From NCBI GenBank assembly GCA_051453625.1, contig JBOZIK010000001.1:27270908-27328282 (forward strand): a stretch of 57,375 bases of DNA. The letters are read 5' to 3'. Below, one piece after another: positions 25,621 through 38,071 of the stretch. The stretch's first letter is position 1; every line of letters starts with the position of its first letter. Both the position numbers and the translations under genes were made by a program. This stretch comes from Welwitschia mirabilis. Lineage: Eukaryota. Under the pieces are notes generated by a model that was not told the origin of the DNA, did no database searches, and worked only from the letters and a program-made list of their open reading frames with translations.

Positions 25621-28600
25621 GAGTATACTTATTATTTTATTCATTTCAAATGAAGAGTTTCTCTCATTGTACCATATGACAATTTTGAGATTCCTACATT
25701 TATTCTTTTGACATTTGCCTTAGATGAATTAAACTTATTTATAAGCCTATGAAGAATCAAAAAGAGCTAGCATGAGAAAATGATGAATTTAATTATTCTT
25801 GCTAATTAAAGCAAGAAGATTTCTTATCCTAGTTAGGTTCATGAATCATAGATATAATCTATTTTGTACTCTAATATCACTTACTACTTATCCCACTTAT
25901 CAATGATAAATCATATGATCTTGTGATCTTGAGTTATGTTTCTTTATTTATCTATATATAAAAATCATTTTCTTTTTTATATAGGGGAGATACTTTTCTT
26001 TTGTTTCATACAAGTGCATNNNNNNNNNNNNNNNNNNNNNNNNNNNNNNNNNNNNNNNNNNNNNNNNNNNNNNNNNNNNNNNNNNNNNNNNNNNNNNNNN
26101 NNNNNNNNNNNNNNNNNNNNNNNNNNNNNNNNNNNNNNNNNNNNNNNNNNNNNNNNNNNNNNNNNNNNNNNNNNNNNNNNNNNNNNNNNNNNNNNNNNNN
26201 NNNNNNNNNNNNNNNNNNNNNNNNNNNNNNNNNNNNNNNNNNNNATATGATCTATTTTTCTTATTGGAATAATGTAATATTCTAATAGAAAGTTATTTAT
26301 AGATTTTATTTAATCATGTTATAAAATATTATTTGCTCCTATTAGCTCTCACTAAGATATTATACTAAGATACAAGGGGTTTCTTGTGCTTGGTGATAGA
26401 GGATTACTAATGGACGATTATGGCCAAGTAACCAAAGGGTAAACTATTTAATAAAAAAAGAAAGAAAGAAATTTTAGTGNNNNNNNNNNNNNNNNNNNNN
26501 NNNNNNNNNNNNNNNNNNNNNNNNNNNNNNNNNNNNNNNNNNNNNNNNNNNNNNNNNNNNNNNNNNNNNNNNNNNNNNNNNNNNNNNNNNNNNNNNNNNN
26601 NNNNNNNNNNNNNNNNNNNNNNNNNNNNNNNNNNNNNNNNNNNNNNNNNNNNNNNNNNNNNNNNNNNNNNNNNNNNNNNNNNNNNNNNNNNNNNNNNNNN
26701 NNNNNNNNNNNNNNNNNNNNNNNNNNNNNNNNNNNNNNNNNNNNNNNNNNNNNNNNNNNNNNNNNNNNNNNNNNNNNNNNNNNNNNNNNNNNNNNNNNNN
26801 NNNNNNNNNNNNNNNNNNNNNNNNNNNNNNNNNNNNNNNNNNNNNNNNNNNNNNNNNNNNNNNNNNNNNNNNNNNNNNNNNNNNNNNNNNNNNNNNNNNN
26901 NNNNNNNNNNNNNNNNNNNNNNNNNNNNNNNNNNNNNNNNNNNNNNNNNNNNNNNNNNNNNNNNNNNNNNNNNNNNNNNNNNNNNNNNNNNNNNNNNNNN
27001 NNNNNNNNNNNNNNNNNNNNNNNNNAAGTCTAATCTTCAAAATATCACTTTAGGTGAAAACTCTTTCATGAAAATCCCAAGACTTAGGGTAAATGGTTTG
27101 TTTTAATTAATTTAATATTTATTTATATAGTAATTTAAATTAATAACTTAGTTACAATATTTTATAAGACATTAGTTAGTATATCCATTACTTTACTAAT
27201 CTAAGTTATTGCTTAATTAGTTGTAGAAACTTTATCATATTTTTGTTATGGTAAAAATTAAATTTTCTAGAATAGAGGCATAAGATAAAAATATTATATC
27301 TTATTAATTAGTATGTATAAATAAGTGAAATTTTTTATAGGTATAAATTAGTAGGTATGAACATGAAAATTAAAAAATAGTAATTTTTATAAAGGATAAT
27401 TATTTTAAAAAGTTTATTTGTTAAAATATGTTAAAAAATAATTTAAAAAAATTGTGAGTAATTTACATTTCTATAACTATCTATAAAAATATATACAAAT
27501 GTAAGAATCATAAGTTGTAGTTGCTTGAATAAAATTTCTACAACATTTTGAATCATTTAAAAATTCGAAGTATTTTAAAAGTTATGATCATTTTATTGAA
27601 GTGCAGTAGGATTGTAATTTTAAAAAATTTAATAGTTTTTAACCTTAAATGATAACCTTAAAAATAATATTTTTATAATTCCATGATAGTTTAAGCTAGA
27701 TCTTGAGAATCCTATTATGTTTCTAGTTTTTGAAGACTACTATAATTTATTTTTTGTTTTATAATGAATTAATTATTAATTTTTAACTATGATGTCTTAT
27801 TAAAGCTCAAAAATGTTATAATTAATGTTTAAAATTATAAAAAAATTATTACACAAACTTTTATAGGGAAATTCATTATATAAAATATGTTATATTAGTA
27901 AATGTAAGTTAAATTATGTATTAGTCATATTTATTTTTAGAAATACCTCTTTACCCTTTTTCTTTACTTTACTTTAAATGTGCATGCTTGTAACAATTTT
28001 TGCCTAAGTAGTTTAAGCAAGATATGTAGTTTCTAGCTTATCTTTTTTTCTATTGACTTATAATAAAGCCATATGAATAGTGGATAAAGATTTATATCTT
28101 AATAATTACATTTTAGCTATATGTTTTTCGTTTACCTTCTTTGCACCAACTCATGGAGATTATCATATAAGCATGGAAGAATGTTTCTAGGATTAGCATA
28201 GCTCCAAGTATGTTTTAGTTTCTGTAAGTACACTATTAATATGCTATTTGATACATTTTCAATATTTTTATTTTTATTCATAAATAAGAAAAGAATATTT
28301 CCTTTATTTAGATAGAAACAAAAATAATATTTCCTTTATCTATATTTTTAGTATTATAATCTTGAAAAAGAAATGTTTTAGTATGCTTGCTTTTCTTTTA
28401 TGGTTCTTTCTATAAAATGAACCAAATGATGATTAAAATTATTATACCTAGGTACATAATTCATTAAATATCCATATTAGTTAGATTTATTTGATGCATT
28501 TATATGATATATTTATTGAACATGACTAAATTAAGATAATTTTAATAATGTTCATTCCTACACTTGAATTTCATCACCAAGGCAGGTTTTATTGCTTTTT

Positions 28601-29353
28601 TTTTAATATAATACCCTTCTAAAAGTTACTTTAATGATTACTCTCCTATCCTACCTATGTGTGGACTTATTTTGACTTAATATCTTGAGTTCTTAGCATC
28701 GATGGATCATGTTAGATCATCTAGAGATGCTTTAGAAAGTGAGGATCATTTATAAGCATGCATATATCTCACTACCATCTGACACTTGTATTGGGGTATA
28801 TAAACTGAAGTGAAAGCCTATGAAGTTAATTCTAACCATGTTTTTATTTTTTAGAACCTAAAATTAAACTAATTCATGTCCAAAGGGTGGCCAGATATTA
28901 AGCTAAAACATTATTAATTATAGTTGTAACCTCTTATTATATTGGTTAAGTATTATCTTTAAAACTTATTCGAATATGTTGATAATAAGTTTATATCATC
29001 TTAATTATTCATACGATATCTTTTATGTGATGAAAAACTAGGAATAAATGGATAACACAAGGTTATAACATCACTAATATTTACAAACTAGAATAATCTA
29101 GATATTAAATATAGTTAGATACATAATATTAATATGATTTTTCTTTCTGAGAATATAGAAATTATAATAAAGAAATAAGTAGAATTTGGTCCTAGGTTCC
29201 ATTGTCTCTATTTGGTAATAATATTAAAGAAAAAAGGAAAGGAAAAAAATATTGCTTTATTAGGATAAGAGAAGAGAGGGTGACACATAACTTATCTCCC
29301 TGATTCCTTATATATCACTTTGATTTGTTACAGTTTGTTTTGCATTGGTTAAG

Positions 29354-29765
29354 ATGGGGAATTATTGCACTGCTAGGGCCAAGAAGCCTATGATACAAAA
29401 TCCATTTACTATGGATCAAGGTGATCCAACTTTAAACCCTAACTTTCTTGCCTTTTTACTCTCCTATGATTGTCTACAAGTGCTTTATAATAGTGAAGTC
29501 AACAATATTACTAGGCAGTATGCGCTTGATCATGAGATTACTTATGAATAATTTAGTGTCACTTATCTGTGTAGCAATCATGAAATAAATCAGGTTTTTA
29601 GATGCAAATCCATATCAAATAAAAGTATTCAAACTTAAATTAATGTGGAGGACACAAGATGTGAGCTGCAAATCATGAAGTTTCTATCAGATCGTCCAAA
29701 TATCATGCAATTAAATTTGACCTTCGAGGATGCGATTATGTTGCATCTTGTGTTGAAGCTTGTTA
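29354..29765 (+). pseudogene. Calcium-dependent protein kinase (CDPK/CPK, CPK7/8/32-like) N-terminal fragment
   Basis: MGNYC...QNPF...YALDHEITYE*FSVTYLC...FRCKSISNKSIQT*INVEDTRCELQIMKFLSDRPNIMQLNLTFED..LHLVLKL matches CDPK [51 protein letters not shown]..TYED...HLVMEL. It has two stops and a lost Gly-loop. Confidence 0.85.
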
Positions 29766-30019
29766 GAGGTAAAAAGGCCATTGAAATGGACTCTTCAGCA
29801 CATTCTAAGGCCACCTTAATATATTAAAGACATTGGTGGCTACTTCGGGATCTATAAGATAGTGATCTAAAAGAAATCATGGATCCTAGATTAGATGAGT
29901 ATAACTGCCCTAAAATAATGCATCTTATAGCTTACACTACATCTATGATCTAGAAGTTTATGAAGAAATAGCCCAAAATAACTCAAATCAAGGAAGTATC
30001 TCAGAGGAAATTATTATAG
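29766..30019 (+). pseudogene. Receptor-like kinase (PERK-like) C-terminal fragment, in the same frame as the CDPK part
   Basis: GKKAIE..LIY*RHWWLLRDL*DSDLKEIMDPRLDEYNCPKIMHLIAYTTSMI*KFMKK*PKITQI resembles PERK GRRPVD..LVDWARPLL.RAL.DG.F..LVDPRL..Y...EM.RM.ACAAACVRHSA.RRP.MSQI. Confidence 0.7.
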
Positions 30020-31230
30020 AAAATAGTACGGCCAACATACATGAGAAAATGATTAAGATTGAACCTAGGAACCCTCTATTTATGTGTAATTATAAAATGT
30101 TTTTAGAAGAGGTTAAATAAGATATCAATAACGTGGAGGAGTTTTATGAAAATGTTATTCTCCCAAATCCAAAGAAAGGGAGGTAATTTCCTATACATGA
30201 ACTTTACCTAAATAAAGCATAAAAATGCAAGGCAAAAAGAAAGATATTTTTGTTATGTTTTCCAGGTAAACCCTAATGACTGCTATATATTATCTTCCTA
30301 TGCTCATTTTCTTTTGCAATTACTAGCTTAAGAATACTTTAATTCCCTTTATAATGTCATTTTGTTAAAAAAAAAGACTTGAAATGTTACATTATTTTAT
30401 ATGTAAGTATCTAAGTGTATTATGTTATAAGGGTAATTTATTTTAAGTTATTGAATGCCTTTATATCTATGGAATAAAAAATAATAAAATGTTTCTTATC
30501 TATGAGTGGTGAGAAGAGGGTATTATTAAAAAGGGTCTATTTTTATTCTCTTTTAAATTATTTTTTAAGGAGCTTAAATTTACCAACTTCTATCTTACTT
30601 CACTCGATGGGATCGATTTTCAATTTCTTAAGCTAAGTTAGGGGCTTGTCCCAATGTTATGTAATTTCATGTAAAAATGAGACAATAATAAGTGGTATGG
30701 AACATTTCTTATAATGTTATTTTTATATGAAATTTCTTGATCTTGTTTCCTTTTTATGGTATGTCCCTTATCGTGGTTAGCCCACATGATTGTAGTTAGT
30801 TCATATTTTCCTAGTTAATCTAGTTTATTATGGTTAGTACAAATTGTTTTGGTTAGTCTCATAATTGTAATAAGTGCACATGTTTAATTTGGATGTATCC
30901 CATTCACAAAAGATTGGTTGTATCCCACATTTACCTTTTAAGCAAGGAATATAGATTACTTCAAAAGACTATTAGAGGATGTCTTTTTTGAAGTTGTGTA
31001 GGATGAAGGGTGTAAATTCATCTAGGAAGATCACTTAAAGGAAATCTTCCTTGAAGTTGCACATTTTGTTGGCTTGGTGCTTCCATCATGGGTTTGAAGC
31101 TTAGTGCTCCTTTGGCTTAGTGCTTTGATTTAGTACTTTAATGATACAATAGAGACATATTCTAGTAATTATATAGTATCTAAGTCCTTTATGTCTTCCA
31201 TACTTAACATTAATAGGGGGTGGGGGCTGT

Positions 31231-31546
31231 TGTTGAAAAAACATTATTCCAACTGCCTTTAAATTTTAAAATTATTATTTAATAGAACATTTTAGGAATT
31301 CCCATATGCACTTAATCAAAGTTAGCTTAAGTTCTCTTTACATCCTAAATGGTAGGGCATAAATCCATAGGTTTTACAACTAGATTTACCATGTCATTAT
31401 TTTATGTTTTGAATATTCATTTGTATATAAATCAAAATGAAAAAAAAAAGAATTAACTTGTTTCACATGCCTATCCTATGTGTTCCTTGGGAATTTCTCC
31501 CAGTTTCATAGACCTTCAACTACACATGGATTCTTTGAATCCCACA
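31231..31546 (+). repeat. 3' LTR of the small kinase-carrying element
   Basis: TGTTGAAAAA...CCCACA, preceded by PPT AGGGGGTGGGGG (31215-31226) and homologous to 2980-3316. Confidence 0.75.
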
Positions 31547-31650
31547 CTTTTTACAACTCAAAACTTCAAATTTTTTTCTAATGTTAAAACTTATAATAAC
31601 TTAATAGCGATTATCCTACTAAAATTACAACTTAGGATCTGATACAAAAA

Positions 31651-34317
31651 TGTAACATCTAGATTTTTCACTCAAAAACTATGAATGCTACTATGATACT
31701 AAAATATAACATCCTTAGCATGTTCCACCAAAACTATACATTAATTATAAATTATTATGATAACATAAAAATTTTTCTTTGATATTATGCCAAATTAATA
31801 AATAGTAATCATTGTTATCCTTTAAAGATATATTTAGAATATAGCTTAGAAATATTTTTATTGAATGTCTCTTTCTTCCAATCTAAGGCATAGCCTATGA
31901 TATTTACTTAATTAAATTATTATAAGATTTATATCAAGAGTGTAATAGCTAGAATAATACTACCTTACTATGTTATCAACATATTATTCTTTTAAATAAT
32001 TTGAAAATAATGTAAGTACATATAGTACTTACATTTAATCCCATAATGGCCCAAGATGAAAAGACAGAAATCCAACAAGTAATAGACAACCTAAAGACAA
32101 AGTATGTTACAAATAAAAAGACTATAAATTTTATATAACAAGATCACAAGTTACATCAGGGAATAAATCACTCTAATTAACATTTTTCAAGCACAAGCTA
32201 GATAATATTTTTTTGGATTTCCACATGCCTCTTTAATAAGATAAATGACTTTTACTGTGTTCCACACATGTTTAACACAAAATAGTATGGAGTGAGAATT
32301 GTAAATCATCACAGTCCCTAGTGTGGCCTAAGTAAGATAAAGATAAAGATAAGAAGAATACCAAAATACAAGATAGATTAAGATAAGATAAGAAAAAAAA
32401 CTTCAAATAATCAAGAATTAGATTTTCATGGAAATGGAAATGAGATTAGCTAGATTTATCATATAATTTACCACTACCTCATTCAACGATTTATGGATCA
32501 TCATTTTCACTATCTCATTTGATGATCTATGGTTTTATTTTTATTTTTTTACTATGTCATTTGGCAATCTAGGGATTAACATTTCCATTAAATCATTCAG
32601 TGTTCTATGATTATATCTTTCCACTACCTCATTTGGTAATCTATGAAATATTTGTTTGATTACCTCATTTGGTGATCTATCATTTCCATATTCAACTACC
32701 TCATTCAATAATATTTGAAACTCTCATTTTTATAATAAGATTTATAGTTTAAAGATATCTTAAAAAAGAAAAATATTTACTTTCACTAATTTAATTTTCA
32801 AGAATTAAGAATTTTCATAAGAAATAAAATTCATACAAGAATAGTCATTGAACATATAGTAGATATAACAAAAAGACTTTAAACCAATAGAGATAAGTAA
32901 TACATTTTAGAAATTTATAAGAACTACAAGAAAAACATAAGAGTTTGATAAGTAAATAATATTTTCTTTAGATCATGAAGGAATGCAAAAATATAGGACC
33001 ATGCAAATGATACTGAAATTACATTAGAAATGAAAGTAATACTAGAACAATATACAAGATAAAAAAAAATATAAGAATCATATAAGATATACAAGGAAAA
33101 AAAATGTATAGTATACAAGAATTAAGAAATACATTAGACCATACAAGAAATAAAGGGAAATCTAAACTATACTCATGATTCCATATGAGGTTTTTCAAGC
33201 TTCAACACTGGTACATCTAAACTACAAAGATTCTAAGATTCCAAAGACTCCAAAGATTCCAAAGTTTTTAAATTTTTAATGTATAAGATCCTTAATATTT
33301 AAAGATTAGAAGATATTTTAAAAGAATAAAACTAAAGAGGTCCTATTTATAATGAGATGAAGGAATTCAAAGGTTCTTGGGAATTTCAAGGAAGACATAT
33401 GAGTTACTACTATTCTTGCAAAATGATTATGATTTCCTAGCCCCTAACCATTATTTTTCCTAACCATTAAATACATTTAATATTTTACCATAATAGTAAT
33501 TAATTCTCATCATGCAAAAAATTATTTATAATAAATAAATAATAGCTGTGAAAAATACGTCTTCATCATCAATACATAAGTTACATAATCCAATGAGTTC
33601 TAGGCATTTTCTAGAATAAGTATAAAGAAGATAAAAAATCATTGGTATTTTGTTAAATACGCCATTGAAAGGCAAATGCCAAAATTTGAAAAAGATGCCA
33701 CTACTTGTAATGATTGAGAAAAAGAATTAATACAAGACATTTAGAAAATAATTTTAACAAAACATCATGATAAGATATTATCACATATAAATATTTTTTT
33801 CATAATGAATACATGTTAACCACTAATAAATGAAAATGAAACATTATAATTATGGATGTTACTTTATCATGTACTGCTAGCATAAAATGTTAAAATAAAC
33901 TAACATAACACATTTGATTAATTATAGTAATTACATAAATATTTGATATGTATTAAAATAAGAAAATATACTAATAATGATACATTAAATGTAATAATTA
34001 CAAAAGAAAATAATATTTATGTAACCAATAATTTAACCACTAAAATAATATCATTAAATAAACAAGGGAAGACTATCAAATAATGTTATTAGTTATAGTG
34101 GTTATAAGAAAAAAGACACTTAAAACAATAAGTGTAGCATAATAATTTTTAACTAATAAATTAAAGGATTATGTATCAAATAATAATATGCTAATAAATA
34201 AAGAATTTATCAATTAAATTATATTAGTAAATCCCACTAAATAAAAATTATTTTCATTTAGTTGTTATTTAACTATTTGGGCTAAATTCTTAGACCTTCA
34301 AAGATCTAAACATGACA
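31651..34317 (-). repeat. Shared middle LTR (PPT upstream and PBS downstream)
   Basis: The minus strand starts TGTCATG after TTTTAAGGGATGGAGAAA and ends GATGTTACA, followed by TTGTATCAGATC. Confidence 0.8.
32468..32710. repeat. ~37-bp tandem subrepeat (ccactacctcattyrrtgatctatgg...) inside the LTR; paralogue at 45460-45745
   Basis: About 7 recurrences of ctacctcatt...gatctatgg here and about 8 in the other LTR. Confidence 0.8.
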
Positions 34318-34339
34318 TTTCTCCATCCCTTAAAAACTT

Positions 34340-34518
34340 CCATCCTCAAAGATTAAAAAAGAAAGCCTAGATTTCCATATGTATTTCACATTCCCAAGTA
34401 CATTCTCATTCTATCTACACTTTATAAAGTTGAATTTCTCTTTATTTGACTATAACTTTCTTTTAATCAAAAATTTTAATTGGTTTAACTTCAAATGTAT
34501 AATCTAGTTGCATGTCTA
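34340..34518 (-). pseudogene. Integrase C-terminus / chromodomain remnant
   Basis: Minus-strand DMQLDYTFEVKPIKIFD, IQLYKV, ECTWE and FEDGSF* resemble Tekay DLTYEEEP..ILD, LVKV.W, EATWE and FEDES. Confidence 0.7.
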
Positions 34519-37500
34519 TATTACATCTATACCTTTAAGGTCTGAGCTTCTAAATAATTCTTAATGGTATAGAGCCTTAAATTAGTTTAACTATTGCATG
34601 TATTTATTTTTTAGTTTCCATTGGTATAATTTTTATTATAAAACTTTTATGCAATAATTCCTCACATTTGTAGCAATCATAATATTGCCTTTGTTGCAAA
34701 TTATTAGTGATTTAATTAGGATTATTGCACTTTTATCTATTTTAATTAGAAACTATTTTTATGAGTTTTTGAAAAGTATTTGTTATTGTAATAATTGCAT
34801 GATTAGCTTTGTTATTTATTGATAAGATATCAATGAACCCAGTGGTCTAGCAAGAAATTAAATAAGGGGGTTACAAAATCTCTACCACTTTCACCACCTT
34901 AACCACCCTCCTTTATGATGGTGTCTCTTTATGTTCTCATGTCCTTTTTCATTTCACATTATCAACTATAGATTACACCCTCCTCCCCTCTCATTTCATA
35001 TCTTGAGAAGCCTTTGCTACTAAATATTAGAGCTTGGAAAAGTTTTAGAACCTTAGAGCTTTGAAATATTTAAGAGTTCTTAAGTCTTCATTTGATTCAG
35101 GTATGGTTTTATAGTCTTTATTTCATTCTTGTATGATTCTTATTTTTTCTTTTATTTCTTATATGATCCTTATCTTTTTCATCTCAAATAGTCTATATTT
35201 TTAATGATTTCAATATTCATCTAATTCTTGTAAGGTTGTTCTTACATATTGATGAAGTTTGCATGATCTATTTAGACTACATACACCTCATGTTAGTATT
35301 GTCTTAGGTACCTTGTATCACAATCCTTTCCATTTTGTCTAGCTCTTATGATGAGTTATTAATTTAACTTGTCTTGGTTACTAACCTTTGCTAATGATTT
35401 TTAAATAAGGAAACTAAAACTAGCTAGGATAACCACTTGTTTAGACTTCAAAAAGAGATACTCTCTAAAGGGTGTTCTAAGGTTGTGGGATCAAACTTCG
35501 AAGATGAAAAATGTAACCAATTTGTCATTTGTCCCTCTTGCATTATGTGCAACTAGATTATTGAAATCTATTATGGAGTAATAGCAAAAGAACTTAAATT
35601 AAAAATGAAGCCTTAGTCTTTCTTAATTATCTTTGCTATTCCTTTCTTGCTCTTGGGAATCCTATTCTTAACCATTCCTTACTATTGGCCATACTAGGGA
35701 TTATGACAATTTCATAATTCTTATACTATATTATATGTGCAGTTTTAGATACTAGCATGAATTCTAGTTATTCATAAATAAGCACTTATTTCTAATAGCT
35801 TGGGATACTTTAGCTACTTATTTTATGCTTTATGTACTTGTAATTATAACATATAAAATAGTTCTATTGTTGTAAATTTCTTATGTATGTTATAGAAACA
35901 CTAAAACTCTTCTACTAGCCTATGAAACTATTTGAAGCTTGACTTTAATTATTTTTATGAAATTTTTTTAACCCATAGAAAATAGTAAGAACCTTTTCTT
36001 GAAATGCATTAAACAAAAGAATAGCTTAAATGTAGCTGAATCACCATCATCTTGACAAAGGAATGATAAGTTTTATTTGAGTAATTATTCAGGTCATTAT
36101 TTTCATGATCTTGACTAGATACATTCCTTGACTTCTTATTTCTTAATGCTACATTCCTTCTTCCAAAAACATACCTCTTATTCGCTTCCACTGTCTTTCA
36201 TCATAGTCTCCTCTAATGCATCTCTATTTTTTACTATTTTTTCTACTTACTACCTTCTGTCATTCACACTGGTTGGTCTAAGAACCTATTAAAATAATTA
36301 GACTTATAGGTTTTTTCTAGAAAATCTTAAGGGGTGACATGTAGATGATTAAGAGAAGGGGGTAGTGAAAGATGGTGTTATACTTGACATTCACTTTTCA
36401 CCATTATTCCACTCTTAAAACATTTCCTTCATTTTTCATGTATAGTTACACTTTAGCCATTGTCTTCCTTCCTTAATGCATTGGTTGATAAACAAGTTCT
36501 TAGAGTTTCTGCTTCCTAGCTATCGTTTCCCAATGCAAGACTCTATGTAGCTTTCTTCAACTTAAGTCAAACAACTTATTCATATACTAAATGTCCTTTA
36601 AATTCTCACCAGATTAGGGTTATCTAATTGCATCAATGTTACTAATAGGTGTGAGAACATGGGATACTATCTCAGCTTTTACTACCATGTAATATAGGAA
36701 AAGTGGTAAGTCAAAGAAATTTGTATCCCCCTTTTCATTGGAAGTTTCCTATTCTATACATATACTAAAACACCTTCCAAAGAAGCAAGCTAAATTGAAA
36801 GCTTTTCTTATTTATCTTTATGATCTATAAACTAATGAGTATTGGATAAGTAAACTCCTCTTTTATCTTGGAATACGCCTATTGCTTTTTAAAGAATATA
36901 CTTCCACCATAGTGAAAACTCTTTATAAGAATTTTCAGAAATCTCCAAGAATAATATGGAGTCAAAAGATAAAATTTTATCCCTCTTTTATTTCTTGACA
37001 TTTTGAATTCAAAGACAGTAATATTGGCATTGAAAACATTAAATAAATAGAGTGTAAAAAGATTTTATTGTATTAAGGAAAGAGGATCTATGTATACGAT
37101 CTTCCTTAAAAATTCAACATGGAATTTATGAAGGAATGTATTAAAATGATCATTTCATAAATGAAGTAGTGTAATTATGCTATGAATCTTATATAGGATT
37201 TCTACATTTCCAATGCCATTAGTAATCCTTGCTAGATTTTTCTTCACACATATGATGTTAGAGTCAAAATTGACATTCTTCTTTATGCTTTAAGATTTTG
37301 AAATGCTAATGGCTTTAGTTCTACAATAGATCCTAACATAGCTTACATACAATCAATGGAAGTAATAGAACATCTAGTCATCTGATTTGTTAATAACTAT
37401 TCATAGATAAAAATAATATTGAAGAAAAATTTCTTGGTTGTTTGTCCTCTAGATGCATGCTTGCTTGTTGCCTTGTAATAGCTATGGCTACATCTAGTGT

Positions 37501-38071
37501 ATACTTACAACTACAATTGCATTCCATCCTTCATTCAATTCCTCTAGACTTCAATTTTACATCTATTTTTCTATGATTTCTTCTTTCTACAAAGAAATAA
37601 TCAGCTAGACACCAATGAATCTAATACTAAAATATTGGCCTCTTACACGTTGCCTCATGCATTTGTCTCTTAGATTTTATATTGTCCAAGTCCAATAATA
37701 CACTTATATATTTGATAGACATAGTTACTTTGGCCTGGAGTAAAGGCTTTAAATAATTAGAGCTACTTATATGCTTCTATCAAAATTACAATGGATGAAG
37801 ATGAAGATGAAAACATTGGAAAATGTTTAAATTAAAACTTAAAATTGAAATGAAAAATTTGAGAAAAACAAGAAACTTAAATAACTATTAAAGTGCATTG
37901 GGTATCAATATTTATTTTTAATTTGTTTTAGAAATTATTTTTTGCTCAATAAGATAAGCTTTTGTTTTTTAGTCTCATGGAAACCAATAATTCAAGACAT
38001 CATTTATAGTCATCTACATCCAATTCAACATTATAGTTCATTCACATCTCAATCCATTCTCTCTCTTTAAA

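Larger units (their letters stand above)
3509..29287 (+). mobile_element. Ty3/gypsy Tekay(Del)-like element with ~4-kb LTRs and internally deleted pol
   Basis: The 5' LTR (3509-4165 plus 17775-20621, ending GGGTGTTACA) is followed by PBS TGGTATCAATGC. The 3' LTR (~22420-29287, ending GGGTGACACA) is homologous to it throughout. A gag/protease remnant lies between them. The left end falls in the gap 3442-3508. Confidence 0.8.
2980..31546 (+). mobile_element. Small non-autonomous LTR retrotransposon (~320-340 bp LTRs, ~2.1 kb own internal region) carrying a captured kinase chimera; split by a ~25.8-kb nested block
   Basis: Direct repeats at 2980-3316 and 31231-31546; degenerate PBS-Met at 3319-3331; PPT at 31215-31226; flanks ATTTT/CTTTT; uninterrupted empty site at ~44525-44545. 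Confidence 0.75.

Noticed and set aside
6394-27106. Long ORFs in the track (6394, 14109-14916, 25936-27106 and others)
   Set aside because: They consist of X residues from N gaps and are artefacts.
29345-29827. Functional CDPK gene
   Set aside because: It has in-frame stops and a destroyed Gly-rich loop, and there is no catalytic loop or EF-hand exon in the window.
36800-37500. Possible CACTA transposase or Copia pre-integrase remnant on the minus strand
   Set aside because: Only isolated residue-level resemblances, with no consistent motif series.
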